Made by a program: the position numbers and the translations under genes. From Candidatus Latescibacterota bacterium (lineage in GTDB: Bacteria > Latescibacterota > UBA2968 > UBA8231), in assembly GCA_965248355.1 (NCBI GenBank), contig OZ252098.1, positions 2,208,001 through 2,272,000 of the forward strand: a stretch of 64,000 bases of DNA, in the 5' to 3' direction. Position 1 is the stretch's first letter. Every line of letters begins with the position of its first letter. Positions 38,773 through 47,318 of the stretch are shown piece after piece. Below the pieces are notes generated by a model. That model worked only from the letters and a program-made list of their open reading frames with translations. It searched no databases and was not told the DNA's origin.

Positions 38773-39519
38773 ATGGCGGCAGGCAAGGTGGCACTGATCA
38801 CGGGCGGCGGTTCGGGCATCGGCAAGGCGGCGGCCCTGGCCCTGGCCGAGGAGGGTTTTGCCGTGGTCCTGGCGGGACGCCGGTCCGAGCTGCTGGAGGA
38901 GGCCGCCTCCGAGGCCGCGGGAGAGGCCCTCGCCGTGCCCACGGACGTGGCCGACCCCGCTTCGATCCGGGACCTCTTCGCCCGCGCGAGGGAGACCTTC
39001 GGCCGGCTCGACCTGCTGTTCAACAACGCCGGCATCGGCGCTCCCGCCGTCCCCCTGGAGGAGCTGAGCTACGAGCAGTGGACGGGGGTGGTGAACGTGA
39101 ATCTCACGGGGGTCTTCCTGTGCACCCAGGAGGCCTTCCGCATCATGAAGGACCAGGATCCCCGCGGCGGGCGCATCATCAACAACGGCTCGGTCTCGGC
39201 CCACGTGCCGCGGCCGAACTCCGCTCCCTACACGGCCACCAAGCACGCCGTCACCGGGCTCACGCGGTCCACCTCCCTCGACGGCCGCAAGTACGGCATC
39301 GCCTGCGGTCAGATCGACATCGGCAACGCCGAGACCCAGATGACCCAGCGCATGCAGGGCGGGGTGCCCCAGGCCGGCGGCCAGGACATGGTGGAGCCCC
39401 GGATGCACGTGGACAACGTGTCCCGGGCCATCGTCTACATGGCCAGCCTGCCGCTGGACGCGAACGTGCAGTTCATCACCGTCATGGCCACGACCATGCC
39501 GTATATCGGGCGGGGTTAG
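38773..39519 (+). CDS. SDR family oxidoreductase
   Basis: [18 protein letters not shown]. Confidence 0.92.
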   Translation: MAAGKVALITGGGSGIGKAAALALAEEGFAVVLAGRRSELLEEAASEAAGEALAVPTDVADPASIRDLFARARETFGRLDLLFNNAGIGAPAVPLEELSYEQWTGVVNVNLTGVFLCTQEAFRIMKDQDPRGGRIINNGSVSAHVPRPNSAPYTATKHAVTGLTRSTSLDGRKYGIACGQIDIGNAETQMTQRMQGGVPQAGGQDMVEPRMHVDNVSRAIVYMASLPLDANVQFITVMATTMPYIGRG

Positions 39520-39725
39520 GCGCGTGCCGCAGGCCGGCGGCCGAGTGGACGTCGACGGTGGCGCCGCGATCGATGAGAAAGTCGGCCAGACCGCCGCGGT
39601 GCAGGTCGCGGGGGTGCCCCGAGTTCAGCGCCGTGAAGCCGCCCGCCCACCAGCGGCTCTTCTGGTCCACGAAGGACAGGAGCAGGTCGATCAGGTCCCG
39701 GTCGTACGTGGGGACCTCCTTGCGG
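39520..39725 (-). pseudogene. Ankyrin-repeat protein remnant
   Basis: Start-less frame ...DRDLIDLLLSF...WWAGGFTALN...LADFLIDRGATVDVHSAAGL. Confidence 0.5.
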
Positions 39726-39741
39726 AAAGGGACGGAGACAC

Positions 39742-40602
39742 ATGCGAATCTACTTGATGACCGATCTCGAGGGAGTGGCGGGCGTGCAGAACTCGCTGGA
39801 TTGGACGCGGCCGGGGCAGTACTGGTACGACCTGGCCCGCCAGCTCCTGACCCAGGAGGTCAACGCCGCGCTGGACGGGTTCTTCGCCGCCGGGGCCGAC
39901 GAGGTCCTCGTGGCCGACGGCCACGGGCCGAGCGCCGTGGACGTGCAGGACCTCGATCCCCGCGCCGAGTACATGCGCGGCTGGCCCGAGCAGTGGCCCC
40001 TCGGCCTGGAGGAAGGCGGCTACGACTACCTCGCCTTCGTCGGCCAGCACGCCAAATCGCGCACGCCTTTCTCCAACATGACCCACACCCAGTCCTACCG
40101 CACCCTGGAGCTGTCGGTCAACGGCACCGCCGTGGGCGAGTTCGGACAGATCGCCATGTGCGCCAGCCAGCTCGGCGTGCGCACCATCTTCGCGGCCGGC
40201 GAGAAGGCCCTGGCCGAGGAGGCCGAGGCCCTGGTGCCCGGCATGGAGACGGTGTGGGTGAAGCGGGGCACGAGATCGGGCCGCGGCGACGAGTGTTCCG
40301 AGGACCAGTACCGGGCGCGCAACGTCAGCGCCATCCACTTCCATCCGGAGCGGGCCCAGGCCCTCATCCGGGCCGGCGCGGTCACCGCCGTGCGCCGCGC
40401 CGAAGGCGACGACGGCTTCGGCATCATCCCCCTCCAACCGCCCTTCCGGGGCACCTTCGTGCAGCGGCCGTGGACGGAGGAGCCGCGGCGCCTGTACTGC
40501 CTGCGCGAGCACCCGGAGAGCGTGGCGGCCATGATGAACCAGTCCCAGGAGTGGCAGCCGGTGGCCAACGAGGACCACCTGCGCGAGCTGCTCGTCGACT
40601 GA
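39742..40602 (+). CDS. M55 family (DppA-like) D-aminopeptidase
   Basis: TDLEGVAGV, EVNAA..G, VADGHG, GQHA, HT. Confidence 0.88.
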   Translation: MRIYLMTDLEGVAGVQNSLDWTRPGQYWYDLARQLLTQEVNAALDGFFAAGADEVLVADGHGPSAVDVQDLDPRAEYMRGWPEQWPLGLEEGGYDYLAFVGQHAKSRTPFSNMTHTQSYRTLELSVNGTAVGEFGQIAMCASQLGVRTIFAAGEKALAEEAEALVPGMETVWVKRGTRSGRGDECSEDQYRARNVSAIHFHPERAQALIRAGAVTAVRRAEGDDGFGIIPLQPPFRGTFVQRPWTEEPRRLYCLREHPESVAAMMNQSQEWQPVANEDHLRELLVD

Positions 40603-40627
40603 CCGACAACAGGAAAAGAGGAGAAGC

Positions 40628-41323
40628 ATGCGAGTACTGATCACCGGCTCCGCCGGAGCCATCGGATCGACCCTCGTCGAGGGCCTGAAGGAGCGTCACC
40701 AGGTGCGCGGCTACGACCGCGAGCCCACCCCCGGGATCGAGGACTTCGTCGTCGGCGACATCGTCGACGCGGAGAAGGTGCGGGACGCCGCCGCCGGCAT
40801 GGAGGCGATCATCCACCTGGTCAACGTGCCGGGAGGGCAATGGGAGCACGCCCTGCAGAACATGATCGGCACCTACAACGTGCTGGAGGCGGCCCGTCAC
40901 CACGGCGCCAAACGCGTCGCCTACGCCAGCCGCGCCGGGGTGCTGCCCCAGTCGTACTACCCGCGCTCCATTCAACGCACCGCCCACATGCCCACGCGGC
41001 CCGACAGCTACTACTCGGTGACCAAGGTCTTCGCCGAGAACATCGGCTACATGTACACGTCCCGTTTCGACCTGGAGTTCGTCGGCGTGCGCATCGGCAA
41101 CTTCAACCAAAACCGGCCCGACCCGGAGCATCCCCACCACCTCGGCCACGCCGACTGCGTGCGCCTCTTCGAGCAGGCCATCACCCATCCGGACGTCGGC
41201 TTCGAGGTCGTCTTCGGCGTCTCCGACAGCGACTGGCCCCTGTACGACCTCGACCACGGACGGCGGGCGATCGGCTACCACCCACAGGACCGCTCGGAGG
41301 TGCCCGAGGACAAGCGCGTCTGA
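40628..41323 (+). CDS. NAD-dependent epimerase/dehydratase (uronate dehydrogenase-like)
   Basis: ITGSAGAIG, YSVTK, RIG, GVSD. Confidence 0.85.
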   Translation: MRVLITGSAGAIGSTLVEGLKERHQVRGYDREPTPGIEDFVVGDIVDAEKVRDAAAGMEAIIHLVNVPGGQWEHALQNMIGTYNVLEAARHHGAKRVAYASRAGVLPQSYYPRSIQRTAHMPTRPDSYYSVTKVFAENIGYMYTSRFDLEFVGVRIGNFNQNRPDPEHPHHLGHADCVRLFEQAITHPDVGFEVVFGVSDSDWPLYDLDHGRRAIGYHPQDRSEVPEDKRV

Positions 41324-41386
41324 GTCGATTACCCCCAGGTCGGGCCGGCGGAAAGCGCGTCCGGGCAGCCGCCGGACCGCTACTCC

Positions 41387-42367
41387 TCAGCTCCTCTGCA
41401 CCATGCCGGTGCTCGGCGCCCCGTCGCGCCCGTCCATCGCCCTCTGCACGCGGTCGATGGTCTCCATCACCGGCAGCACCTGGGAGCAGCTGGTCAGGGC
41501 CTTGCGCCCCTCGCGGATGGCGGCGAAGAACTCGCCGTCCTGGGCGTCCACCCCGGAGGGGCCCTCTGGCAGGGGTACGTCGTTGCCGAGGTGATCGCGC
41601 AGGGTCTGGCCGTCGGTGAGCCAGGTCTCCTCCTCGCCGATGAGGCGCCAGTCCCCCTGGATCGGTCCGTGGTTGTTGAAGGACTGGGCCGCGCTCACCA
41701 GGCAGCCGTCGGCGGCGCGCAGGGAGATGCAGATGTCCATGGGCACTCCCAGCGTCTCGTGCACCGGGCCGCTGCGCCCCCAGGCTTCCATGTGGGGATC
41801 GCCGAGGAGCCAGTAGGCCATGTCGATCATGTGGCAGGCCTGGTGCCATAGCAGGTCGTCGGTCCAGATGCGCGGCTTGCCGAAGCGGTTCTCGTTGATC
41901 CGGCGGAAGAAGTAGGTGTGCTGCACGATGTGGTGCAGGTGCAGATCGCCGGCCTCGATCATCTCGTGGAGCCGGCGGAAGGCCGGGCTGTAACGCTGGG
42001 TGTGGCACATCATGGCCACCTTCCCGGACCGCTCCTCGGCCTCCGCCACGCGTTGCGACTCCGCCAGTGACAGCCCCATGGGCAGCTCGAGGAGCACGTG
42101 CTTGCCCCGCTCCAAGGCGGTCACGGTCTGCTCGCAGTGGACCTGGTTGGGGCTGGTGATGACCACGGCCTCCACCCCGGGCCGGTCGATGCACTCCTCG
42201 AAGTCGGTGGACGCATGGCCAATGCCGTGCTCCCTGGCAAACGCCTCGGCGTCGGCCTCGAGGCCGCCGGCCAGGCTGACCACTTCCACGTCCTCCATCT
42301 TGCGCAGGGCTTCCATGTGGGTCACGCCCTGGGCGCCCTCCCCCACCAGACAGACTCTCATCTTCAT
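41387..42367 (-). CDS. Gfo/Idh/MocA oxidoreductase (LigC-like)
   Basis: VGEGAQG, GKHVLLELP, FFRR.N....PR.WTDDLLWHQACH. Confidence 0.85.
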   Translation of the reverse strand: MKMRVCLVGEGAQGVTHMEALRKMEDVEVVSLAGGLEADAEAFAREHGIGHASTDFEECIDRPGVEAVVITSPNQVHCEQTVTALERGKHVLLELPMGLSLAESQRVAEAEERSGKVAMMCHTQRYSPAFRRLHEMIEAGDLHLHHIVQHTYFFRRINENRFGKPRIWTDDLLWHQACHMIDMAYWLLGDPHMEAWGRSGPVHETLGVPMDICISLRAADGCLVSAAQSFNNHGPIQGDWRLIGEEETWLTDGQTLRDHLGNDVPLPEGPSGVDAQDGEFFAAIREGRKALTSCSQVLPVMETIDRVQRAMDGRDGAPSTGMVQRS

Positions 42368-42409
42368 CTCCTCACTCGTTGGGGTTCACTCCCGCGGCCA
42401 CTGCATCCT

Positions 42410-43645
42410 TCAGGTCGCATCCTTCAGGTCGTCGTGATCGAAGGCGCTGGACATCCGCTCCACCTCATTCGGCGCAATGCCCAGGTGAGCCGCAGCATCT
42501 CGCCAGCCTCGGACCGCCTTGCCCACCTCAGCCGCTGTCGCGCGCGCGGCTGGCCCGGTCATGCCGAACATGGGCGCCACCTCCATGGCGAGGTCGAGAG
42601 ATGCCGTGCCGTCCGTCTCGTCGATCGCCAGGGCATGGACGCGCGGCTTCACGTCGACCGGCACCGGGTTGAGGTCATACGCCGGTGACAGCCGCCAGCC
42701 GCTCCTCTCCCGGAGAAACCCGTGATTGCGCAGATGGTCATCGGTGTTGGAGACCAGCATGTTGAACACGATCCGCCGCCAGAGTTGGCGCAGTTCCTCC
42801 TTGACCTCGATTCCCTCCCGCCGCAGGAACTCGGCGATTTCCAGATAGCTTCGCATCTCGTCATCCGACCCTTCGATTGCGGTGAGGGCCGACATGAAGT
42901 GAATGCGCCGGCCCTGCCTGCGGTCGAAGCGGCGGGCCGTGAATACGGGGCTCCTCGATACCTGCCGGAGCTGGAACGGCGCCACGCGGACCCCGGCCGC
43001 CTCGGCCAACGCCATGGTAACCGCTTCCCATCGTGTCTCGGGCCAGTCGTCGTCCCGGCGCGGGAACTTGGCTATCAACAGGCTTCCGTCCCGGTCGCGG
43101 ACCGTGGCCTTGGGACGGGCGCCGCCGAGCGAGGTGCCGGGGGCCAGGAGCAATCGCAGGTCGTCGTCGCTCTCCCTGGATTCGATGACGCGAGTGGTGG
43201 CGGACAGCAGCCGCGGCAGATCGACGACCGGCGGCACCTGCCGGCCGGTCGAGGCGAGAAACGGACCGCCCTCCGCCTCCTTGAACCGAAGGGCGCCGAG
43301 CCGCGTCTCGTCGTCGACGAGGATGAGAAAGTCGACCTCGAGCAGTGTCCTGGGTTGGCGCCCCTCCGCCGACGCCCTCCGCAGCTCGTTGCGGCGAATG
43401 AGGGTCTGTCCCCAGCGGTCCGGGGCGGGATCGGTGAAGGCATTGAACAGGGGCCGGTCCGTGTGGAACGGCCCAAGCCCCGGGGGGAGCACCGGATCGA
43501 GCCCGAAGGCGTCCCGGCGCCCCAGCCACGATCGGGCGTACTCGAAGGAGGCCGTCTGCCGGGCCCCTCGCGTGCGGGCCCACAGGGTGCCTACGGAAAC
43601 GGGCTCACCGCCCCGATCCATGAATACGGAGATCTCACTTTCCAT
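42410..43645 (-). CDS. hipA: Type II TA system HipA-family kinase toxin
   Basis: PDRWG, GTSLGGARPK, RFDR, DDHLRNHGF, LSPAYD. Confidence 0.92.
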   Translation of the reverse strand: MESEISVFMDRGGEPVSVGTLWARTRGARQTASFEYARSWLGRRDAFGLDPVLPPGLGPFHTDRPLFNAFTDPAPDRWGQTLIRRNELRRASAEGRQPRTLLEVDFLILVDDETRLGALRFKEAEGGPFLASTGRQVPPVVDLPRLLSATTRVIESRESDDDLRLLLAPGTSLGGARPKATVRDRDGSLLIAKFPRRDDDWPETRWEAVTMALAEAAGVRVAPFQLRQVSRSPVFTARRFDRRQGRRIHFMSALTAIEGSDDEMRSYLEIAEFLRREGIEVKEELRQLWRRIVFNMLVSNTDDHLRNHGFLRERSGWRLSPAYDLNPVPVDVKPRVHALAIDETDGTASLDLAMEVAPMFGMTGPAARATAAEVGKAVRGWRDAAAHLGIAPNEVERMSSAFDHDDLKDAT

Positions 43646-43985
43646 GGCCGCTGTCCGACGGTGCCTCCCGGGCAGTACGGATGCGCCGCGGCAGCCGTTC
43701 CTCTTCGAGGCTGAGCCCGACCGGGTCCCGAGCCGCGTCCGCGAGGTCTCCCAGTCGGTCCGCCATTCCCAGGACGAAGAGGACGGAGGCGTAGATGCCC
43801 ATCGATACGCCGGGGTCCCCTTTCTCGACCCTGGCCAGGGTGGTGCGGCTGATGAAGGCGCGCTCCGCCATGAGAGCCATGGGTATCCGTCGCCGGCGGC
43901 GGGCGGCCGAGAGATCCATGCCCAGTTTCTGCAGGGCGCGCCGCACCCCGAGGGGCAGCGCCTGTTGGGATCGGGAGGATTTCAT
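43635..43985 (-). CDS. HTH-XRE antitoxin (HipB-like)
   Basis: ARRRRRIPMALMAERAFISRTTLARVEKGDPGVS; overlaps the hipA start. Confidence 0.85.
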   Translation of the reverse strand: MKSSRSQQALPLGVRRALQKLGMDLSAARRRRRIPMALMAERAFISRTTLARVEKGDPGVSMGIYASVLFVLGMADRLGDLADAARDPVGLSLEEERLPRRIRTAREAPSDSGHGK

Positions 43986-44002
43986 GAACGAGAAAGCAGG
44001 CG

Positions 44003-44048
44003 ATAAAGCGTATATGGACCAATTTATGCATCTTTACGGGGATGTCAA
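44003..44048 (-). promoter_or_regulatory. hipBA promoter with imperfect palindromic operator
   Basis: TTGACA-16 nt-TAAATT on the minus strand; ATAAAGCGTATA...TATGCATCTTTAC inverted repeat overlapping the -10. Confidence 0.5.
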
Positions 44049-44055
44049 CGGAGAC

Positions 44056-44625
44056 TTAAGGCAGGTCATGCAGCTCCTCTCGACCCTTCTCGGTGAGCTC
44101 CCAGATCCCCCTCCGGGAGTAGGGGTTCAGGAAACCTTCCTTGACCATCTTCCAGCGCGCCCAATGGACGTTCTTTTGCCAGCGCTGCATCCCGCCGGAC
44201 AGCCGTTCGTAGTCGACTTCGCCCAGGACCGGCTTCATGATTCGTCCCACACGCTCCACGACCGCATTGGCCTCGCCGCTCCCTCCCATCTTGTCCAGGA
44301 CCTGCAGAATCGGCTTGACAAACTCCTTCCGCGGCGTTGGCTGCCCCTTGGACTTGCCGTTGCTGGGGAGGTCACGGATTCTCTCATTCTCGCTCTGTTC
44401 GGCCGACAAGGAAAGCTCCGCCCATCCCTTTGCAAGCTCGGCAACCTTGTCCCGAAACGCCGTCAGGGCCTTCGACCGCTGCAATGACTTCTCGGCATCG
44501 CCGTGGTCCCCCCTCGCCAAGCAATCGGTCACGGCCCGGTTTGCCCCGTCGATCTCTTTCTCGACCTCTTCTTGAAGCACTTGAAACGCCGATGTGACGT
44601 TCCCAGGGCCACTCTCGCTCGTCAT
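44056..44625 (-). CDS. Coiled-coil + Mrr N-terminal winged-helix domain protein (no nuclease domain)
   Basis: PILQVLDKMGGSG...RWQKNVHWARWKMVKEGFL...RRGIWELTEKG. Confidence 0.75.
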   Translation of the reverse strand: MTSESGPGNVTSAFQVLQEEVEKEIDGANRAVTDCLARGDHGDAEKSLQRSKALTAFRDKVAELAKGWAELSLSAEQSENERIRDLPSNGKSKGQPTPRKEFVKPILQVLDKMGGSGEANAVVERVGRIMKPVLGEVDYERLSGGMQRWQKNVHWARWKMVKEGFLNPYSRRGIWELTEKGREELHDLP

Positions 44626-44794
44626 TCCGCCATTCCCTTCTGCCTGCCTCGGCGCAGCGTCCCCTTCTGATCCGCTGGCCGAGAGGGGTAGGCGGTGATG
44701 ACGTGCCCGCTGCGCATGGTAGTGTACCCCAAATCCTGGACAGGTGGCTAAGCGAGACTTTGCGTCCACCGACCCACTGTCCGGAGGGGCTTGG

Positions 44795-45088
44795 ATGACG
44801 AGGAAACGCAAGACGCATTCGGCGCAGTTCAAGGCCAAGGTGGCCTTGGAGGCTCTGCGCGAACGGCAGACAGTCAACGAGCTGGCCCACAAGTTCTCCG
44901 TCCACCCCAGCCAGATCCACGGCTGGAAGAAGCAGTTGCTGGAGCGGCTGCCCGAGGTCTTCCGGGGCCCCGGGACCCGCCGGGGCGACGACGAGGCCGC
45001 CTTGGTGCCCGAGCTCTACCAGCAGATCGGGCGGCTGCAGATGGAACTGGAGTGGCTTCAAAAAAAACACGAGGCTCTCGGTGGCTGA
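44795..45088 (+). CDS. IS3 transposase OrfA
   Basis: [14 protein letters not shown]...[33 protein letters not shown]. Confidence 0.9.
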   Translation: MTRKRKTHSAQFKAKVALEALRERQTVNELAHKFSVHPSQIHGWKKQLLERLPEVFRGPGTRRGDDEAALVPELYQQIGRLQMELEWLQKKHEALGG

Positions 45089-45908
45089 GCGCCGCGCCCT
45101 CATCGAGCCGCACCCCGGCCCGCTGAGCGTGCATCGGCAGTGCCAACTGCTCGGGCTGGCCCGCTCCAGTTTCTACTACCGCCCGGAGGCGCCGGATCGG
45201 CTCACCCTCGACCTGATGAACGCCATCGACCGGATCTACACCGAGCACCCGGTCTACGGCGTGCGCCGGATCTGCGCGGCCCTGAGGCGGGACGGCTACC
45301 CGGTCAATCCCAAGCGCGTGCACCGCCTGATGAAGGCCCTGGGCCTGCAGGCGATCTATCCCCGGCCGCGACCGACTACCCCCAACCCTCAGCACCGGGT
45401 CTATCCGTATCTGCTGCGAGGGGTGACCGTGAACCGGCCGGACCAGGTGTGGTGCAGCGACATCACCCATCTGCCGATGCCCTCCGGCTTCGTCTACCTG
45501 GTGGCGGTCATGGACTGGTTCAGCCGCTACGTGCTGGCCTGGCGGGTCTCCAACACCCTCGACGCGGCCTTCTGCCTGGAGGCCCTGGAGGAAGCCCTGA
45601 GCCAGGGGCGGCCGGAGATCTTCAACACCGACCAGGGGGCCCAGTTCACCAGCACCGCCTTCACCGGGCGGGTCGAGGCGGCCGGGGCCCGGGTGAGCAT
45701 GGACGGCCGCGGCCGGGTGCTGGACAACATCTTCATCGAGCGGCTGTGGCGCTCCCTGAAGTACGAGGACATCTACCTGAAGGCCTACGACAGCGTCCCC
45801 GAGTTGATCGAGGGCGTGGCGGCCTACTTCCGCTTCTACAACCTCGAGCGGCCGCACCAGGCCTTCGACTACGAGACCCCCAGCGATGTCTACCACCGGG
45901 CGGCCTGA
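45081..45908 (+). CDS. IS3 transposase OrfB (DDE integrase core)
   Basis: [32 protein letters not shown]. Confidence 0.92.
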   Translation: MAERRALIEPHPGPLSVHRQCQLLGLARSSFYYRPEAPDRLTLDLMNAIDRIYTEHPVYGVRRICAALRRDGYPVNPKRVHRLMKALGLQAIYPRPRPTTPNPQHRVYPYLLRGVTVNRPDQVWCSDITHLPMPSGFVYLVAVMDWFSRYVLAWRVSNTLDAAFCLEALEEALSQGRPEIFNTDQGAQFTSTAFTGRVEAAGARVSMDGRGRVLDNIFIERLWRSLKYEDIYLKAYDSVPELIEGVAAYFRFYNLERPHQAFDYETPSDVYHRAA

Positions 45909-46105
45909 GCGCGGGGGCTCCTCACGGCCTCGGTGGCCCGGCCTGGGTGCAAGTCCGGGAGGCGGGGCTTCGGTCCCAGCGCCGGGGCGCAGTACGGCTC
46001 CATTACATCTCGAGACTCTCGCTTGTACAAGCCCAATTCCTGTCCAGTTGACGGGGTACACTTCCGCAATGCGCATGTCGGCATGTCGGGAATAGACGAT
46101 GTCGA

Positions 46106-47111
46106 TCATTGGTTGTCTCCTCCACTCTCAGCACTGTTCCCCGCTTCATTGGTAGCCGCCTTTTCCACAACCTCCCTTATTGTGCCCTCGGAATCTGTGG
46201 CCAGGAGCTGTGCAATGTCCCCTCCTCCTTCCACGACCGGCTTGATGGAGGGAGGCAGCCTGTCTTCGAGCCACTGCGCGCGCTCCCCGCCTGCGTCTTC
46301 CTCCTGCAGTTCCTCCGGGATCTCGGAGAGCCGCGCGTAGCCGGTCTCAAGGGCCCACTTGGCGTTTGCGGAACCATTGGCTATGCCGTCGAGTTCATCT
46401 GGACATATGTGGTAATCGGGGAACCTGAACTGCGGTGGGAAAGCGAGATCCTCGCTGTCCACGTCGACGACGCGGGGTATGGCGAGTTCATCCTTCAACC
46501 GGCGCAGATAGCTGGCGAAGGGGTTGTTCTTTGAGGGATCGAAGAAGACCGGGCTCCCCGGATTGCCAGCCAAGTGCTCTCCGAACAGATCGATCTTCGA
46601 GATAGATGCCTCTTCCTCCCATATAGCCCCATTCGCGGCGTCCAAGGCTTCAAAGAAAACCCCATGCCCAGAGCTGATCTGCTGAAGATGATCGGACCCC
46701 TCTTCCACTTCTTTGCGTCTGCGGGCGAGACTTCCTTCGGCCAGAAGCGTGAAGAAGAGCGGCGCCATATTGATGTCTCGGTGGCGCTGACGCCGTATCG
46801 GCGCTTGACGAGGTCGTAGGCGAGCCTGGCCTTGGGCGAGATCTGCGCGCCGATCTGGACGCGCTCAGGAGCGGGGGCAGGGGCCCCGTCAGGCTCGGGC
46901 AGTGGCACCTCACCGGTGAGCACACCCGCTTCGACACCGAGTGCCTTGGCCAGGCGATTCACGGTGTCCTCCCGCGTCTTCTGGCAGTGCTCGGGTTCGT
47001 TCTCCAGGCGTTGGACCGTGCGGATGGCAATTTTCGACCGTCGAGATAGCTCGGGCCGCGTCAGACCTTGTCTTCCCGAAGGCTCAGTAGTCGATCAGGA
47101 TGAATCTTCAT
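46106..47111 (-). pseudogene. XRE-family HTH protein, two frameshifts
   Basis: MKIHPDRLLSLR / QGLTRPELSRRSKIAIRTVQRLENE...RLAKALGV...YGVSATE / INMAPLFFTLLAEGSL; frameshifts near 47070 and 46775. Confidence 0.75.
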
Positions 47112-47318
47112 GCCCTATGCCCCTTTCCCCTCGGACGGCTATTTCCTGCCTTCGGAAAGCACCGCCGAAGCCGGTCAGGCGCATGGGGGAGACCCGCACA
47201 ATTCCGATTCCCGGTGAAGCCGCCCGGAGGCACAGCGCCAGCCCATGGGTCGGCCGCAGGACCGCCGGGCAGGAGGAGACCGACCCTGGAGAACCCCCGG
47301 CGGGCGTACCTCGGGAGG

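Larger units (their letters stand above)
44723..46060 (+). mobile_element. IS3-family insertion sequence (1338 bp)
   Basis: Terminal IRs TGTACCCC-N5-CTGGACAGG with 5'-TG...CA-3' ends; orfA + orfB; no target duplication visible. Confidence 0.92.
44622..46109 (-). pseudogene. Small DUF4258-like gene split by IS3
   Basis: N-terminus MIDIVYSRHADMRIAE (46109-46061); C-terminus MRSGHVITAYPSRP...MAE* left of the IS, with its stop overlapping the next ATG. Confidence 0.5.
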
